This document shows, one piece after another, positions 1-11,516 of a stretch of DNA of 64,000 bases. The DNA is taken from NCBI RefSeq assembly GCF_009914755.1, contig NC_060939.1; one strand, given 5' to 3'. Position 1 is the first letter of the stretch, and each line of letters opens with the position of its first letter. The notes beneath the pieces were generated by a model. That model ran no database searches and had not been told where the DNA came from. It saw only the letters and a program-made list of their open reading frames with translations. This DNA is from the human T2T-CHM13v2.0 reference genome, Homo sapiens. The position numbers were made by a program, and so were the translations under genes.

Positions 1-1423
1 TCATTTGCATTTCTCAGCCCCACTTCTCCCACCCATCTGACAATCTCTCTAGCTTTGGTTCTACCAGCAACTCCAAAACAAAGAAGACTTGGCCATGGGC
101 TCAGAGTGTTATGGAGGCAGGAGGGCTTGGGGAAGGGGCCAGAGGACTCCCACCTTGACCCCTTCACTGGCATCCACAACGGCTGCCAGGAGGGCAGAGG
201 CCTGGTGGGCACCCTCTGGGCAAGCAGCCCCAGGCCTTTGACGGCTGCGGCTCACTGGGGATGTGAAAGGGCAAAGCTCAGGGTCTGCAGTTTTCTCTAG
301 GGCTTTCTGGGTGTTTTGAAGACATGTGGGAAGACTCAGAACAGGCACGTGCCATGCATCATCCCACCCGCCTTACTCCTCTGGGACTGCGAGATGGGCA
401 GGTGGGCCAGAAGGAAGGCTGGGAGCGGCAGTCAGGGGAGCCTGGAAGGGGCACAAAACCAAGAAGGTGGGGAGCAAGCAAGGGAAGCCGTCCTAGGTCC
501 CACGAAGATGCTGCCCTGCCCTTTCAGTTTCTACAGGCACAGGCCTCCTGCAACCCTCTAGACCATGGGGGGCCACCAACCTCCCTCCCCTTCTGCTGTT
601 GGCTGCTCTCCTACCACCCCACCCCGCAGAGAGGATGGCCAAGGCTCCCAGCTGCTGGGATGGCACATCCCTGACCCATCACAGGCCCTTGCTGGGCTCA
701 GGGAGGGGCCTGTCCTGGGGCCTAAACCCCGGTGCTGCTGACAGCCTCTTTATAGACTCAAGTCTCACCCCTTGTACTTTAGGCACCCATGGGCATTCTG
801 GGTCTGCTCACTGGTGCCTGGAAAAGTCTGTGCTTCCTGCTTAATGCTCCAAATAGGGTGAATGACCCTAAGGCTTACAGCAGGCCAAAGCAAAACTAAA
901 TCTTCCGTGTGCATAATTGAGGCTGGGTTTGATCTTAGGTAGCTGCCCCGACTCACTGAAGAAGCTACCCTTGGCTTTCAGGGACACCGTTCTCTCGCTG
1001 TGAACATTATTACATCTAATATGTTCAGACTTTTCTGTGCGTATCAATGACCTGGGGCATGTACTAAAATGCGGATTTACAGGTCACATGCCAACAATTT
1101 AGATCTGTAGGTCTGCAGGATAGTGGGGAAAGGGGAGAAGGGTCCAGGAAACTGAAGTTTTTAAAATCACCTTGCTAGGTGATACAGATGCAAGAGGGGT
1201 TTCCAGACCACACTTTCAAGGTGACCCAGGGGACTACAAACGGGATGGACTAGCTGAGCTCAGCTTTGGGTAGGGCTGTGGACTTGGAAGATTCTTGCAT
1301 CTTTCTCTGTAGAACAGTGCAGCTACTCCACCACCCCCACCCCCTACCTGCCACCAGCCAAATCCCTGACCTGGTTAGGCATGAAGGGACCACTCGCTTT
1401 CAGGAACAGGTGACGCTACTCAC

Positions 1424-1560
1424 CTGGCTGATGTCACTGGTCCACGCTGCCTTCTCCTGTCTGGACGAGGCCACTAGGATGACTGTAAAGGGCGGGGAAT
1501 CCTTTGGCTCCACCCCGATTTTAAAATCCAAGTGATCTATGTCTTGGCCGGATCCTTTGG
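1424..1560 (-). CDS. RASGRF1: RASGRF1 exon 12 (137 nt), end of PH2: (A)[45 protein letters not shown]
   Basis: Acceptor ttttacaactggaag|CC, donor CAG|gtgagt, phase 1 to 0. Contains the PH C-terminal helix EKAAW. Confidence 0.95.
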
Positions 1561-3696
1561 CTTCCAGTTGTAAAACATAAAGTTAGCAGCATGAATGTGA
1601 ACGCCTTTTCAGGTGGAAAATGTTTTAGTGGTCCCTGTCGTACGTACCAGTGGAGGCTCTGCGTTGGTAAGGCACCAGGCCAATTGCTGCTACTTTCAGA
1701 ATATTATTTTCCTAAGTGGGAAATCCCCATTTCAAAGATGGAAGAACTAAGACGTAGCTTACAACCACTCAGGGGCAGTTCCGGATTCAGAGCAGGAGAG
1801 CCTTTAGGAATCACAGTCTGCCCTCTGCCCTCATTACACCAATGGAGGTGAGGTCACGGGCGAGGACTTGCCCAAGGCTCCCAGCAGGGTGGTGGCCAAG
1901 CCAGGGCAGGGCTAGAATGGGCCTCTCAGCCAGGCCCTCCTGCTACCCCAAGGTGGTTCTGGGGCCAAATGAGGAACTTCAAGGTCTTAAACTTTTATGG
2001 ATTGGGCTGGACATTTAGTTCAGTTTAGAGCTCCCCAAAGCAAAAGTGAATTCTAGGTATTTTTGTTACTGCTCTTAACCTGAAAGTCCCTTGAAGTCTT
2101 GAAAGCTGTTTATTTGGAAAAACTAAAACCACAGCTTCAAGATTCTTTTCAATGCACTCACATTAATTAGGGGTGCACTGAATGGGTTCATGGTGTAAAG
2201 GGCCTGCTTTGGTTCTGCTTTGCTCCAAAGCTCTATGGCTGTGTGATGTTGAGGTGGTTTCCTTCCCCCTCTGGGCTTCAGATGTCCTCCTGTGCAACAG
2301 GAGTGGGACTTGATTTCTCTGAGGTTCCTGTCCCTTCCAGTTCTGACACCTGAGAATTTTAGGAGTCCTTGCTGGGCACGAGGGAGCCCATTCTCCTGGG
2401 ACTGTGCTGGAGTCTCTGAGAAGTGGGTGCCTGTGTGTGGGTGTGTTTCAGGTGGGGAACGCTTGTGGCCAGGATCCCACCTCCCTGGGCCTAGGAGGGT
2501 AAAGAGTTTTGGGGCCTGACAGTGCCACTTGAGCCTGGGTTTTCCTGTGGACCTGCTGTGGCCAAGATGAAAGAAGGCTGCACTGGTAGGAAGGCTCCAG
2601 GTAAGCTGCCTCCTCGTTTATTCTTCCCTTGGGGAACCACTTGATTTGGCCCTTATTGGAAGGGCATGAGGGGAGCAGAACCCAGTGGTAACAGGGGCTG
2701 AACAGGGTGTGTGCATGAGGGCGTGTGTGTGTGTGTGTGTTTGCCAAGCGTGTGTGTGGCAACCCCCAGGCCCATGCCCATCCCCATGCCATGCTGGGCC
2801 TGTGATGCTGAGGTGCTTCAGACACAGCCCACCCCAGGAGGCCCAGTCTGAGGAGGGAAAAGAGCACGGGTCCTGCTGGTGTCCCCACAGGGCAGGGCAT
2901 CCAGAGACATCTCTGAGGGTCTTGGCTTGGGGTCAGTGAAGAAGGGAAATGAGTGCCAACTTTGGCCCAATCAAGAGAGAGTAGTGATCCCACCCCCTAA
3001 TCTGAATAATGACCCCACCTCCAATTCTGATGCCTTGGGAGATAAATCCCATCAAACATCACAGCACCAAGGACTCTGCCCTCCGCACACTTCCCCATTC
3101 AGCCCCATTTGAGTTGTTCAGCCCCTTCTCACCGAGGTCTTGCCTCCCCTCCTGGCCCCTGCAAGGGCATGGTTCTCTCTCTCAGGACCCTCAGCCCTGC
3201 AATCCCTCTGTCAGTGGCCCCTGCACATTCTTTCCTTTTCCACTGCAGGACAGAGATAGGGCTGGGTGTGTCCCTGGCTTCCAGCACATGGCCCCAAGAG
3301 CCCTTGTGCATGTCACACACAGGTGTGTGAATGAGGGGTGCTCACTGAGATGCTGTGACCCCAAAACCTAACAGTGCCAACTGGTCCAGCAGCCCAGGGA
3401 GCTTGGAACGAACCAGGAAGGTGGATCAGGGTCATCACCTGCCGGGCTGGGAGCTCTTTCTTTAAAGCCTCAGGCTCTGGCCTCTCCACACCTTATTGGA
3501 AGTACAAGGGGAGCAAAGCCCAGCTGTAGCAGGGACTGAACAGGGTGTGTGCATGAGGGCATGTGTGGACCTCCCCTCCGCACTTCAGCATCCTCCATTC
3601 CTCCCAAAGAAACTAATGCCTGGCCCAACCTTTAGGAGTGAGCGTGTGTGTATCTGTGCAAGCACACACATGCGCACATGCAGCTTTCACACTCAC

Positions 3697-3760
3697 CTTC
3701 CTCCTCCGTGCTTTCTGGCTCCTCCAATAAAGTGCAGTCAATGAGGGATATGACTCCATT
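3697..3760 (-). CDS. RASGRF1: RASGRF1 exon 11 (64 nt), PH2: NGVISLIDCTLLEEPESTEEE
   Basis: Acceptor ctctttttcag|AAT, donor AAG|gtgagt, phase 0 to 1. Found by manual translation. Confidence 0.95.
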
Positions 3761-4428
3761 CTGAAAAAGAGCAGCAGGGGCTGCTTTGGATTGAGGGGTA
3801 GATATGCTGGTTTAGGAGTCCCTGGATGATAGGGTTGGAGGGGACTTTAACAAGGAGCATCCATGTATACACACAGATGTATGGATGGATATATTATATG
3901 CCAAGTGGGTATTTTGCTTTTTCAGTGGAAGGACTTTATCTTCATATAAGAAGCTCAATGAAGTGGGTCAAAGGAGATTGTCTCAGAGAGGCCTTCCCCA
4001 AACCAAGGTTGAGTTCTGGCCATGGGTGGAGCGGACAGAACCTGGCCTGCTTGGCCCCTTCTTGCTTCCACAGCAGCTCCAGGGCATCGCTTCATAGCCC
4101 TAAATCTGCAGAGGTTTGAAATCCCCCGTTTTAGGCCAAAGCTATCAGGTTACCCACAGGAAGACAGAGGCTGGTCTTATGGGTATTGTAATTCTCATTT
4201 TACAGGTGAAGAAATGAAGACAGAGAAGTTGCATGTCTTGTTCAAGGTCCGCTGGCAAGTTAGCAGTGAGTCTGGAGAGAGCCTCAAGGGCCCGATCCCA
4301 GTCCTGGTCAGTTACTTATTTTAATTATTAGGAATACCTGGAAAAATGCCTCCCATCCATGAGTGTGGGAGCATCTCTTGGGTAGGAGGTCCCTTAACAT
4401 TGTAGTGAGAAATAAGAGTGGCCACAGC

Positions 4429-4930
4429 TGTGGTGGTTGTAAGACATGTTCACAAATTCTTTCACATTTTTCTTTTCAAAAGGCAAAGCCTAATTCCCTT
4501 CCTCTTGAGTGTGAGCTGGACTTAGTGGCTTACATCTAATTAAAAGAATAAATCAGAAGTGATGGTGTGCCACTTTGGAGACCACATTCTCCTGCTTGCT
4601 CTCTTGCTGTCTCTTGCATCACCTGTTGTGGGGGACACCAACTGGCATGTTGTGGGGAGAGGTCTATGAATGAGGAACTGAGGCCTCCAGCCAACAGCCA
4701 TGGAGGCATATCATCTTGGAAAAGGATACCCCGGCCCCAGTTGAACCTTCGGAACACTGCAGCCCCAGCTGACATCTTGACTGCAAACCCCTGAAATGCC
4801 CTGAGCCAAGACCACCCAGGTAAGTAGCTCCTGATTTCCTGACCCACAGAAATTGTGAGGTAATAAATGTTTGTTTTAAGCTACTACATTTGGAGGTAAT
4901 TTGTTACACAGCAACAGATAAAGTAAAACA
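4429..4930 (+). mobile_element. MaLR solo LTR (MLT1F/G-like)
   Basis: TG...CA ends. Typical MLT1 3' part: ccagccaacagcc...cctgacccacagaaattgtgag...aataaatg...gtaatttgttacacagcaac. Confidence 0.8.
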
Positions 4931-5313
4931 ATAATGAATGATAATGGAGACCTGGCCATGTGACTAATCTATATATGAAAATGCTTGCAGAGCAGGCTGC
5001 CCCTTGGGAGGCAAAGTGGACCACCAAACCCTGTGTTTGACTTCTTGCTTTGCTCTTTGGTGGCCTTGGGTTAGCCCCCAGGACTAACCCACTGGGCCTC
5101 AAGCTTGCCCAGTGATGTCACTGAGCTTGATCATTTTGAAAGCCCCATCTAGCTCTGACATTCTCTTACTTCAGGGTCTCAAAAATTCTTACAGTCATTT
5201 TAAATCTTGCAGATCTGTAGTCTGCCCCCTTCAGAAAGGACTTAAGGCATTCTATTGCCACTTGGATATTTCAAGAGAAGTGATTTGAATTTTAGCTTAT
5301 GGCTATTGGAGAC

Positions 5314-5520
5314 TAGAGCATAGTGATTAAGAACACAGACTCTGGAGCCAGACTGGCTGGGTTCAAATCCCAGCCCTGCCACGTGCTGGCTTCTTCTGTC
5401 TCACTTCCCTTGTCTATATAAAATGGGGAAAATGGTAGTATCCGTCTCAGTGGGCTGTTCTGGGAATTAAATATACATAATGTATTTGAGCGAGTTCTTG
5501 CCCCATAGTAAGCATTATGC
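5314..5520 (+). mobile_element. MIR SINE (degenerate; approximate ends)
   Basis: MIR-like core: gactctggagccagactg...gggttcaaatcccagc...ctatataaaatgggga. Confidence 0.7.
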
Positions 5521-5791
5521 AAGGATTGATGTTATAAATACAAGTTCGTTATTCATAATTAAGAGTGACAATGTCTGTTATCCAGTGAGCACTGAGCGTG
5601 TACCTGACACGAGAACTCCCTCACTTACTCCTCACAGCACTCCTGTAAAGGAGGTATTTCTACACCCTTTATGCAGATAAGGAAACTGAAGCCTGATGAG
5701 GCCATGTGACTTGTCTGAGGTCACCTACTGGTGGGTGGCAGTGCTGGGATTTGAGTTGATTTCTGATTCCATGCTCTTTGCCAATGTGCTA

Positions 5792-6144
<353 letters not shown>

Positions 6145-6548
6145 TCACAAACAAGCAAACAAACAGAAAACTCCAGATAAAATAAAACTAACATAAAAAC
6201 ATGCTTTTGGATTTTCAGAGCCTTCGTGTCTTCAGTTTAACCTGCCTCCACTGACCCCCGCCACACCCCCAGCCTAGACAGAGATCTTATCAGTAGAAAC
6301 TCCAGAGCTAATAAATAATGAAAGCGTTCCTTGACACATAATTTGGTTAAAACAGAAGTATTCAATATTTGTAAATTAATTTCCCCTTGTGCAGCCAACC
6401 AGCTAATTTGTGGCCATGTGAACATAAGCAACATATTCCCTGAAGCCATTGCTGGGTATGTTAGCTCTGCAGGAGGTTATGGGCCGGGCATCCAGGGTCT
6501 GGAAGAATGGTTTATCTGATGCTGTGGCTTAATTAAGAGCACCCTCTG

Positions 6549-6879
<331 letters not shown>

Positions 6880-7556
6880 TCAGGCTTCCAAGGTGATGAA
6901 TGCAGGGCTGGAGGGACTGTAGCTTACAGAGGCAAGTGCTTCCTAATTGACAGCAAATCCACATCCACTGTGAGCTCACTGCTAACTTATCTGTGCAATG
7001 TCTCTGTGAGGGTCAATGTCCTTATTTGATAGAGGAAGTGTGGACAGGGGCAGGAGTCTTTTCCAGGGTCACATGTGTGTGAGGGATGGAGCTGGGACTG
7101 ATGCTGAGCTCACAGCAATGAGACAAGTAGGGGGCTGTGTCGGGGGACAGGAGATCCTGCCCAGGCCACAGGCTTTACAGCAGAGGTAGCACTTGAACAG
7201 GCCTTGAGGCATGTTAAGGTGGTCTGCCAGGGGAGAGGAGGCTGTGTGGCTGAACAGACAGCATGAGCAAAGGCCCTGGGCCTATGAGGAGTCAGGAGGG
7301 GGTCTGAGATGCTCATTCCCTCCCCCTTTAGGGATGAGCTGGTTAGCTGAGCATCAGGGTCTCATGCAGGGCCGCAAGGTCCTGAGGCTCTGTGTGGAGC
7401 AGCTCAGCAGCCTCCAGGTCTCCTGTGCTGGAGGAGGGGACACCTGAGAAGGTCACTGGAAGGGGCTCTGTCAGAGCTCCTTTGGGGTGGAGATGAAAGA
7501 AAAGCTCCAAGTGATGCCTTGGCCCTCAGCCAGTGGAGGCCCTCTACCCTGCCCTT

Positions 7557-8673
7557 CACACACACCACACACAGACACAGACACACACACCACACACACA
7601 GATACAAAAACACATACCACACACACAGACACACAAACACATATCTCACACATAGACACACACAGATACACACATCACACACACACACACACATACAAAC
7701 ACACACACACACATACACATACACACACATATACACACCACACATACATCACACATACATACACAGAGACACATGTACACAAAAACATACACCACACACA
7801 GACACACACACATATACACATATACCACACCCACCCACCACATACATACATATAAACATACACGGATATACACATAGACACACAGACACATACCACACAC
7901 ATATCCACCACACCTGTACACAGAAAGACAATACATATACACACATACATATGCCATATACCATACACACACACACAATGAACACACACAAATGCACAGA
8001 GACACAACACACATAGAGGTAAACACATACACACACTATACACAAATACACACATCATATACACAAATATATACACACACATGCATACACACACCACACA
8101 CACAGACACAAACACATATACACATACATACATACTGATATGGTTTGGCTGTGTCCCCACCCAAATCTCATCTTGAATTTTAGCTCCCATAATCCCCATG
8201 TGTCATGGGAGGGACCCAGTGGGAGGTAATTGAATCATGGGGGTAGATTTTTCCCATGCTATTCTTGTGATATTGAATAAGTAACACAAGATCTGATAGT
8301 TTTGTAAAGGGCAGTTCCCCTGCACATGGTCTCCTTCCTGCTGCCATGTAAGACATGCCTTTGCTCCTCCTTTGCCTTCCACCATGATTGTGAGGCCTTC
8401 TCAGCCATGTGGAACTGTGAACCCATTAAACCTCTTTTTCTTTGTAAATTACCCAGTCTCAGGTATTTCTTCATAGCAGTATGAAAATGGACTAATACAC
8501 ACAGAGAGATATAAACACATACAGACACACACACATATATATACACACCACGCACACATACACACACACGCATATACACATACACACACACCACATATAC
8601 AAACACACAGACACAAAAACACCACACATACATACACACAAACACACACAGACACACACACATGCACACACAC
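7557..8673. repeat. Long degenerate (CA/TA)n tract split by a THE1 LTR
   Basis: CA-rich tracts at 7557-8135 and 8500-8673. Confidence 0.95.
8136..8499 (+). mobile_element. THE1 (THE1C/B-like) MaLR solo LTR
   Basis: Begins tgatatggtttggctgtgtccccacccaaatctcatcttgaa and ends tagcagtatgaaaatggactaataca; 364 bp. Confidence 0.92.
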
Positions 8674-8971
8674 ATGCCTTTTAGGGGTCTGTCCAGGCCC
8701 TCTGGCTCCTCTGCCCAGGTGCCCAGTGTGGGGAATCTGAAGCCCTCGATTCTCACCTTCCCATCTCCCAGGATTTCCCTAGTGGAAAATCGGTCAAGTT
8801 CTGCTCTCTCCAGCTGGCCAAACTATGGGTTGTGTGTATATCTGTGTGTGTGTGCATGCACACGTCTCTGACACCCCTGCCCACCACCTGGGCCCATAGA
8901 CCCTCTGGCCAGGACAGTGCCTGCATGACCCTAGCTGGGCAGCCCCCAAGCCCCTCTCCCGTAGCCCTTAC

Positions 8972-9132
8972 CTTGGTCAAGTGAAGCTTCCCTCCAGAGC
9001 CTCTGGTACAGATAATCAGATGCTTAGAAAACAGGAAGCACTGTCGCTCGCCCTCTTTCTTTAGGGAGAGAGACCCCAGGCGCCCCCTGGTGATCTTGCC
9101 CTTTTCAGACATGGGCACCTGAATGAGGGAAC
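8972..9132 (-). CDS. RASGRF1: RASGRF1 exon 10 (161 nt), PH2: (G)[16 protein letters not shown]...[23 protein letters not shown]
   Basis: Acceptor ccacccacag|GT, donor AAG|gtaagg, phase 1 to 0. Confidence 0.96.
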
Positions 9133-9518
9133 CTGTGGGTGGAGGAGAGAGACCCTGAGCCCATCTCCTGGGGTGACCTTTGCCTCTGACCCAGCCTTGA
9201 AGGTTGAGATGCTGGGGCAGCAGCAGTGGGACAAGTCCATTCTGTTTCCCAGTAGCAAATGTGCCCCTGGGATACTCCTTTAGGCCTCTCTGCAGGGCCA
9301 GATGGCTGAGGGATGAGAGGTGATCAGAGAAGCTCCATGCAGGGCCCACTGACATCCCAGCCAGGGGCTAGGGGCTAAGCAAGCAAAGGAACCCCAAAGG
9401 GCATGGCCCATGTGGTGAGAATGAAGGGCTGGGCTGAGGTCTGGGGATGGCAGGGAGCTGAACAAGTGGGGAGCTGGCTGCAGGCCCCGAGGGGTTAACA
9501 AGATACATTGCACTCCTG

Positions 9519-9598
9519 CTGGGAACTACTTAGGGCAAACCCTGCCTCCCATCCTACTTGTAAAAAAGATAGCTACTAAGATTTAAAAAAAAAAAAAA
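9519..9598 (+). mobile_element. Short poly(A)-tailed retroposed fragment (MER4A-LTR-like) with 19 bp TSD
   Basis: aagatacattgcactcctg occurs at 9500-9518 and 9599-9617, flanking a 66 bp body plus an A-run. Confidence 0.7.
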
Positions 9599-11397
9599 AA
9601 GATACATTGCACTCCTGTTGTCCACAGCCATGGCAGGCATCACCAATCAATCACTGCACCATACTGCAGAGCCCAGACAGAGCTTCTCAGTCCTCAGCAC
9701 AGCACTCTAGGAAGCCATTACTGAGCAGAGTAGGTGCCTGTCATGAAAGCCATTGCTGCCCTACTCTGGTGTACCCACCCTAATACATACCCTTCAGGCC
9801 CCCTCCCCACTGAGGTCCACAGCTCCTCACTGTTCCCAGGATTCAGGCACTTGAGGCCTCCCAGTGGTCTGGCTTGGGCACACCTCCCAGCCTGCACTCT
9901 TACCATTGTCCCCTTCTTCTGCCTCACATGTAGTTCTGGGTCAAGTTAGCCTGAGTGTCACTCTTAGTTCTGAAAAGCCCTTCCTTCACTCTGTCTTCCC
10001 TGTGAATTCCTGCTTATCCTTGGGAAAGCCCTCGTGACTCTCTTGGTCCTGCTCCAGGCCACCACTCTGCCTCCTGCATCAGGGAGATCCACCTGGCACC
10101 TGGTGTTCCTGCGTTTGTCCCCTCATGACTCTCTTCCTCTGTACCATAGGCTTCCGGAGGGCAGGGCTGAGGCTGTTCTCTGAGTGTCCCCAGAACCCCC
10201 TGTACGTCTGGCATGAGCAGGGCAGGTATCAGTGCTGGCTGCATGACTGACAAGTGAGAAACGCCTTGCAGAATCCACTCATTTTGTCTCCAGGTCCAGC
10301 CCGGCTGGAGAGGGAGAAAATGCCTTGACTCAGGGTGATGGAGCAGATTTCTGGTCTGTGGGGATACTGCCCACCCCAGGAGGGGTTATTTCTTGGGCTA
10401 CTTCCAAGCCAGGTCCACTTGGGGTTCCTTCAGAGGGGGCCTAAAATACTGTGTGAGAATATTTCTGGCACAGAGAATGCCCAACACAGCCCAAGGGGAG
10501 CTGAGAAACAGGCAGGGCTGGCTCTGAGCTCAGCAGGTCACAGGGTGGGCCTGGGGAAGGATGTAGGGGCCACCACACACAGGGGCTGGGACAAAACTCC
10601 GAAAAGGTGATACCCTTGTCCAAGGCAGCTGCACAGGCCAGCGGGAGGCGCTGGCAAGTATTTCGTTAGGCAGAGAATCCCAGGGCTACAGAGAAGGGAC
10701 TCTGGAGGTCCGTTTGAGGTGGAGGTCACCTGTGAGGCATGCCAGCAGGAGCTGAGTCTCCCACAAAACATGGAAGTTGAATGTGATGAATTTCAAATGC
10801 ATTGCAGTTCTGATGTCAGTCCCCTGAGCCACAGAGAGCCTTCACCCACCCCTCTCAACGGGGCCGTGCCTCTCAAACACTGCTCCCAAGGTAAGCGAGG
10901 CTGAAGCTTGGGAAAGACCTTCTACCCATGAGAACCACTGTGAAAATGGTCTCTCCAAAGCAGCAGAGGATGATGAGGAAAGGACAGGGGAATGGACCCA
11001 ACACTGACCTCCTCCCAGACACTGAAAACGCTTCTGACTCACAGAGACAACTGTTAGCTCCTCATCCCCCGCCCCATACTTTCTCCCCAAAAAGGACATG
11101 TCGATGTTTTACTATGACATACAATAGACAAACCAAGGCCATCTGGGTAGAATTCTGTTTACATCTGGAGAGAAGGAAACTGTGAAAACCAATAATATCT
11201 GCATCTATATGTATAGATACTGACATCTACATATAGCTGTTGCATTCCGCCAGCAGCCTGGGAATATTCTGCAATCACATTGGCAGGTCTTGGCATGTGG
11301 CAGCCAAACCAACTGGTGGCGTCCCCGAGTGCCGCCTCCCTCCCGCTGCTGGGGCCCACCTGGTGGGGGCAGGGGAGACAGGGTGCAGAGGCCATAC

Positions 11398-11516
11398 CTT
11401 GTCTCACAAAGGTCTGGCTGGTGTCCAGGAGGATCTCACAGCCTTCGATGATCATGCGCTCGATGGCCAGGTTTTTCCGGATGTTCTCCGTCTCACTTAC
11501 TTCATCGTGCATTATT
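11398..11516 (-). CDS. RASGRF1: RASGRF1 exon 9 (119 nt), DH-PH2 junction: (R)[39 protein letters not shown]
   Basis: Acceptor ccccacag|A, donor AAG|gtatgg, phase 2 to 1. Confidence 0.96.

Noticed and set aside
3061-3081. REST/RE1-like sequence ACAGCACCAAGGACTCTGCC (similar partial matches near 21914, 34504 and 51784)
   Set aside because: Each breaks a core half-site (GGACAG or TCAGCACC), so none can be called despite the neuronal gene.
7404-8756. Many 100-170 aa ORFs rich in HT or CV dipeptides
   Set aside because: These are translations of the CA/TG tract, which lacks stop codons; they are not genes.
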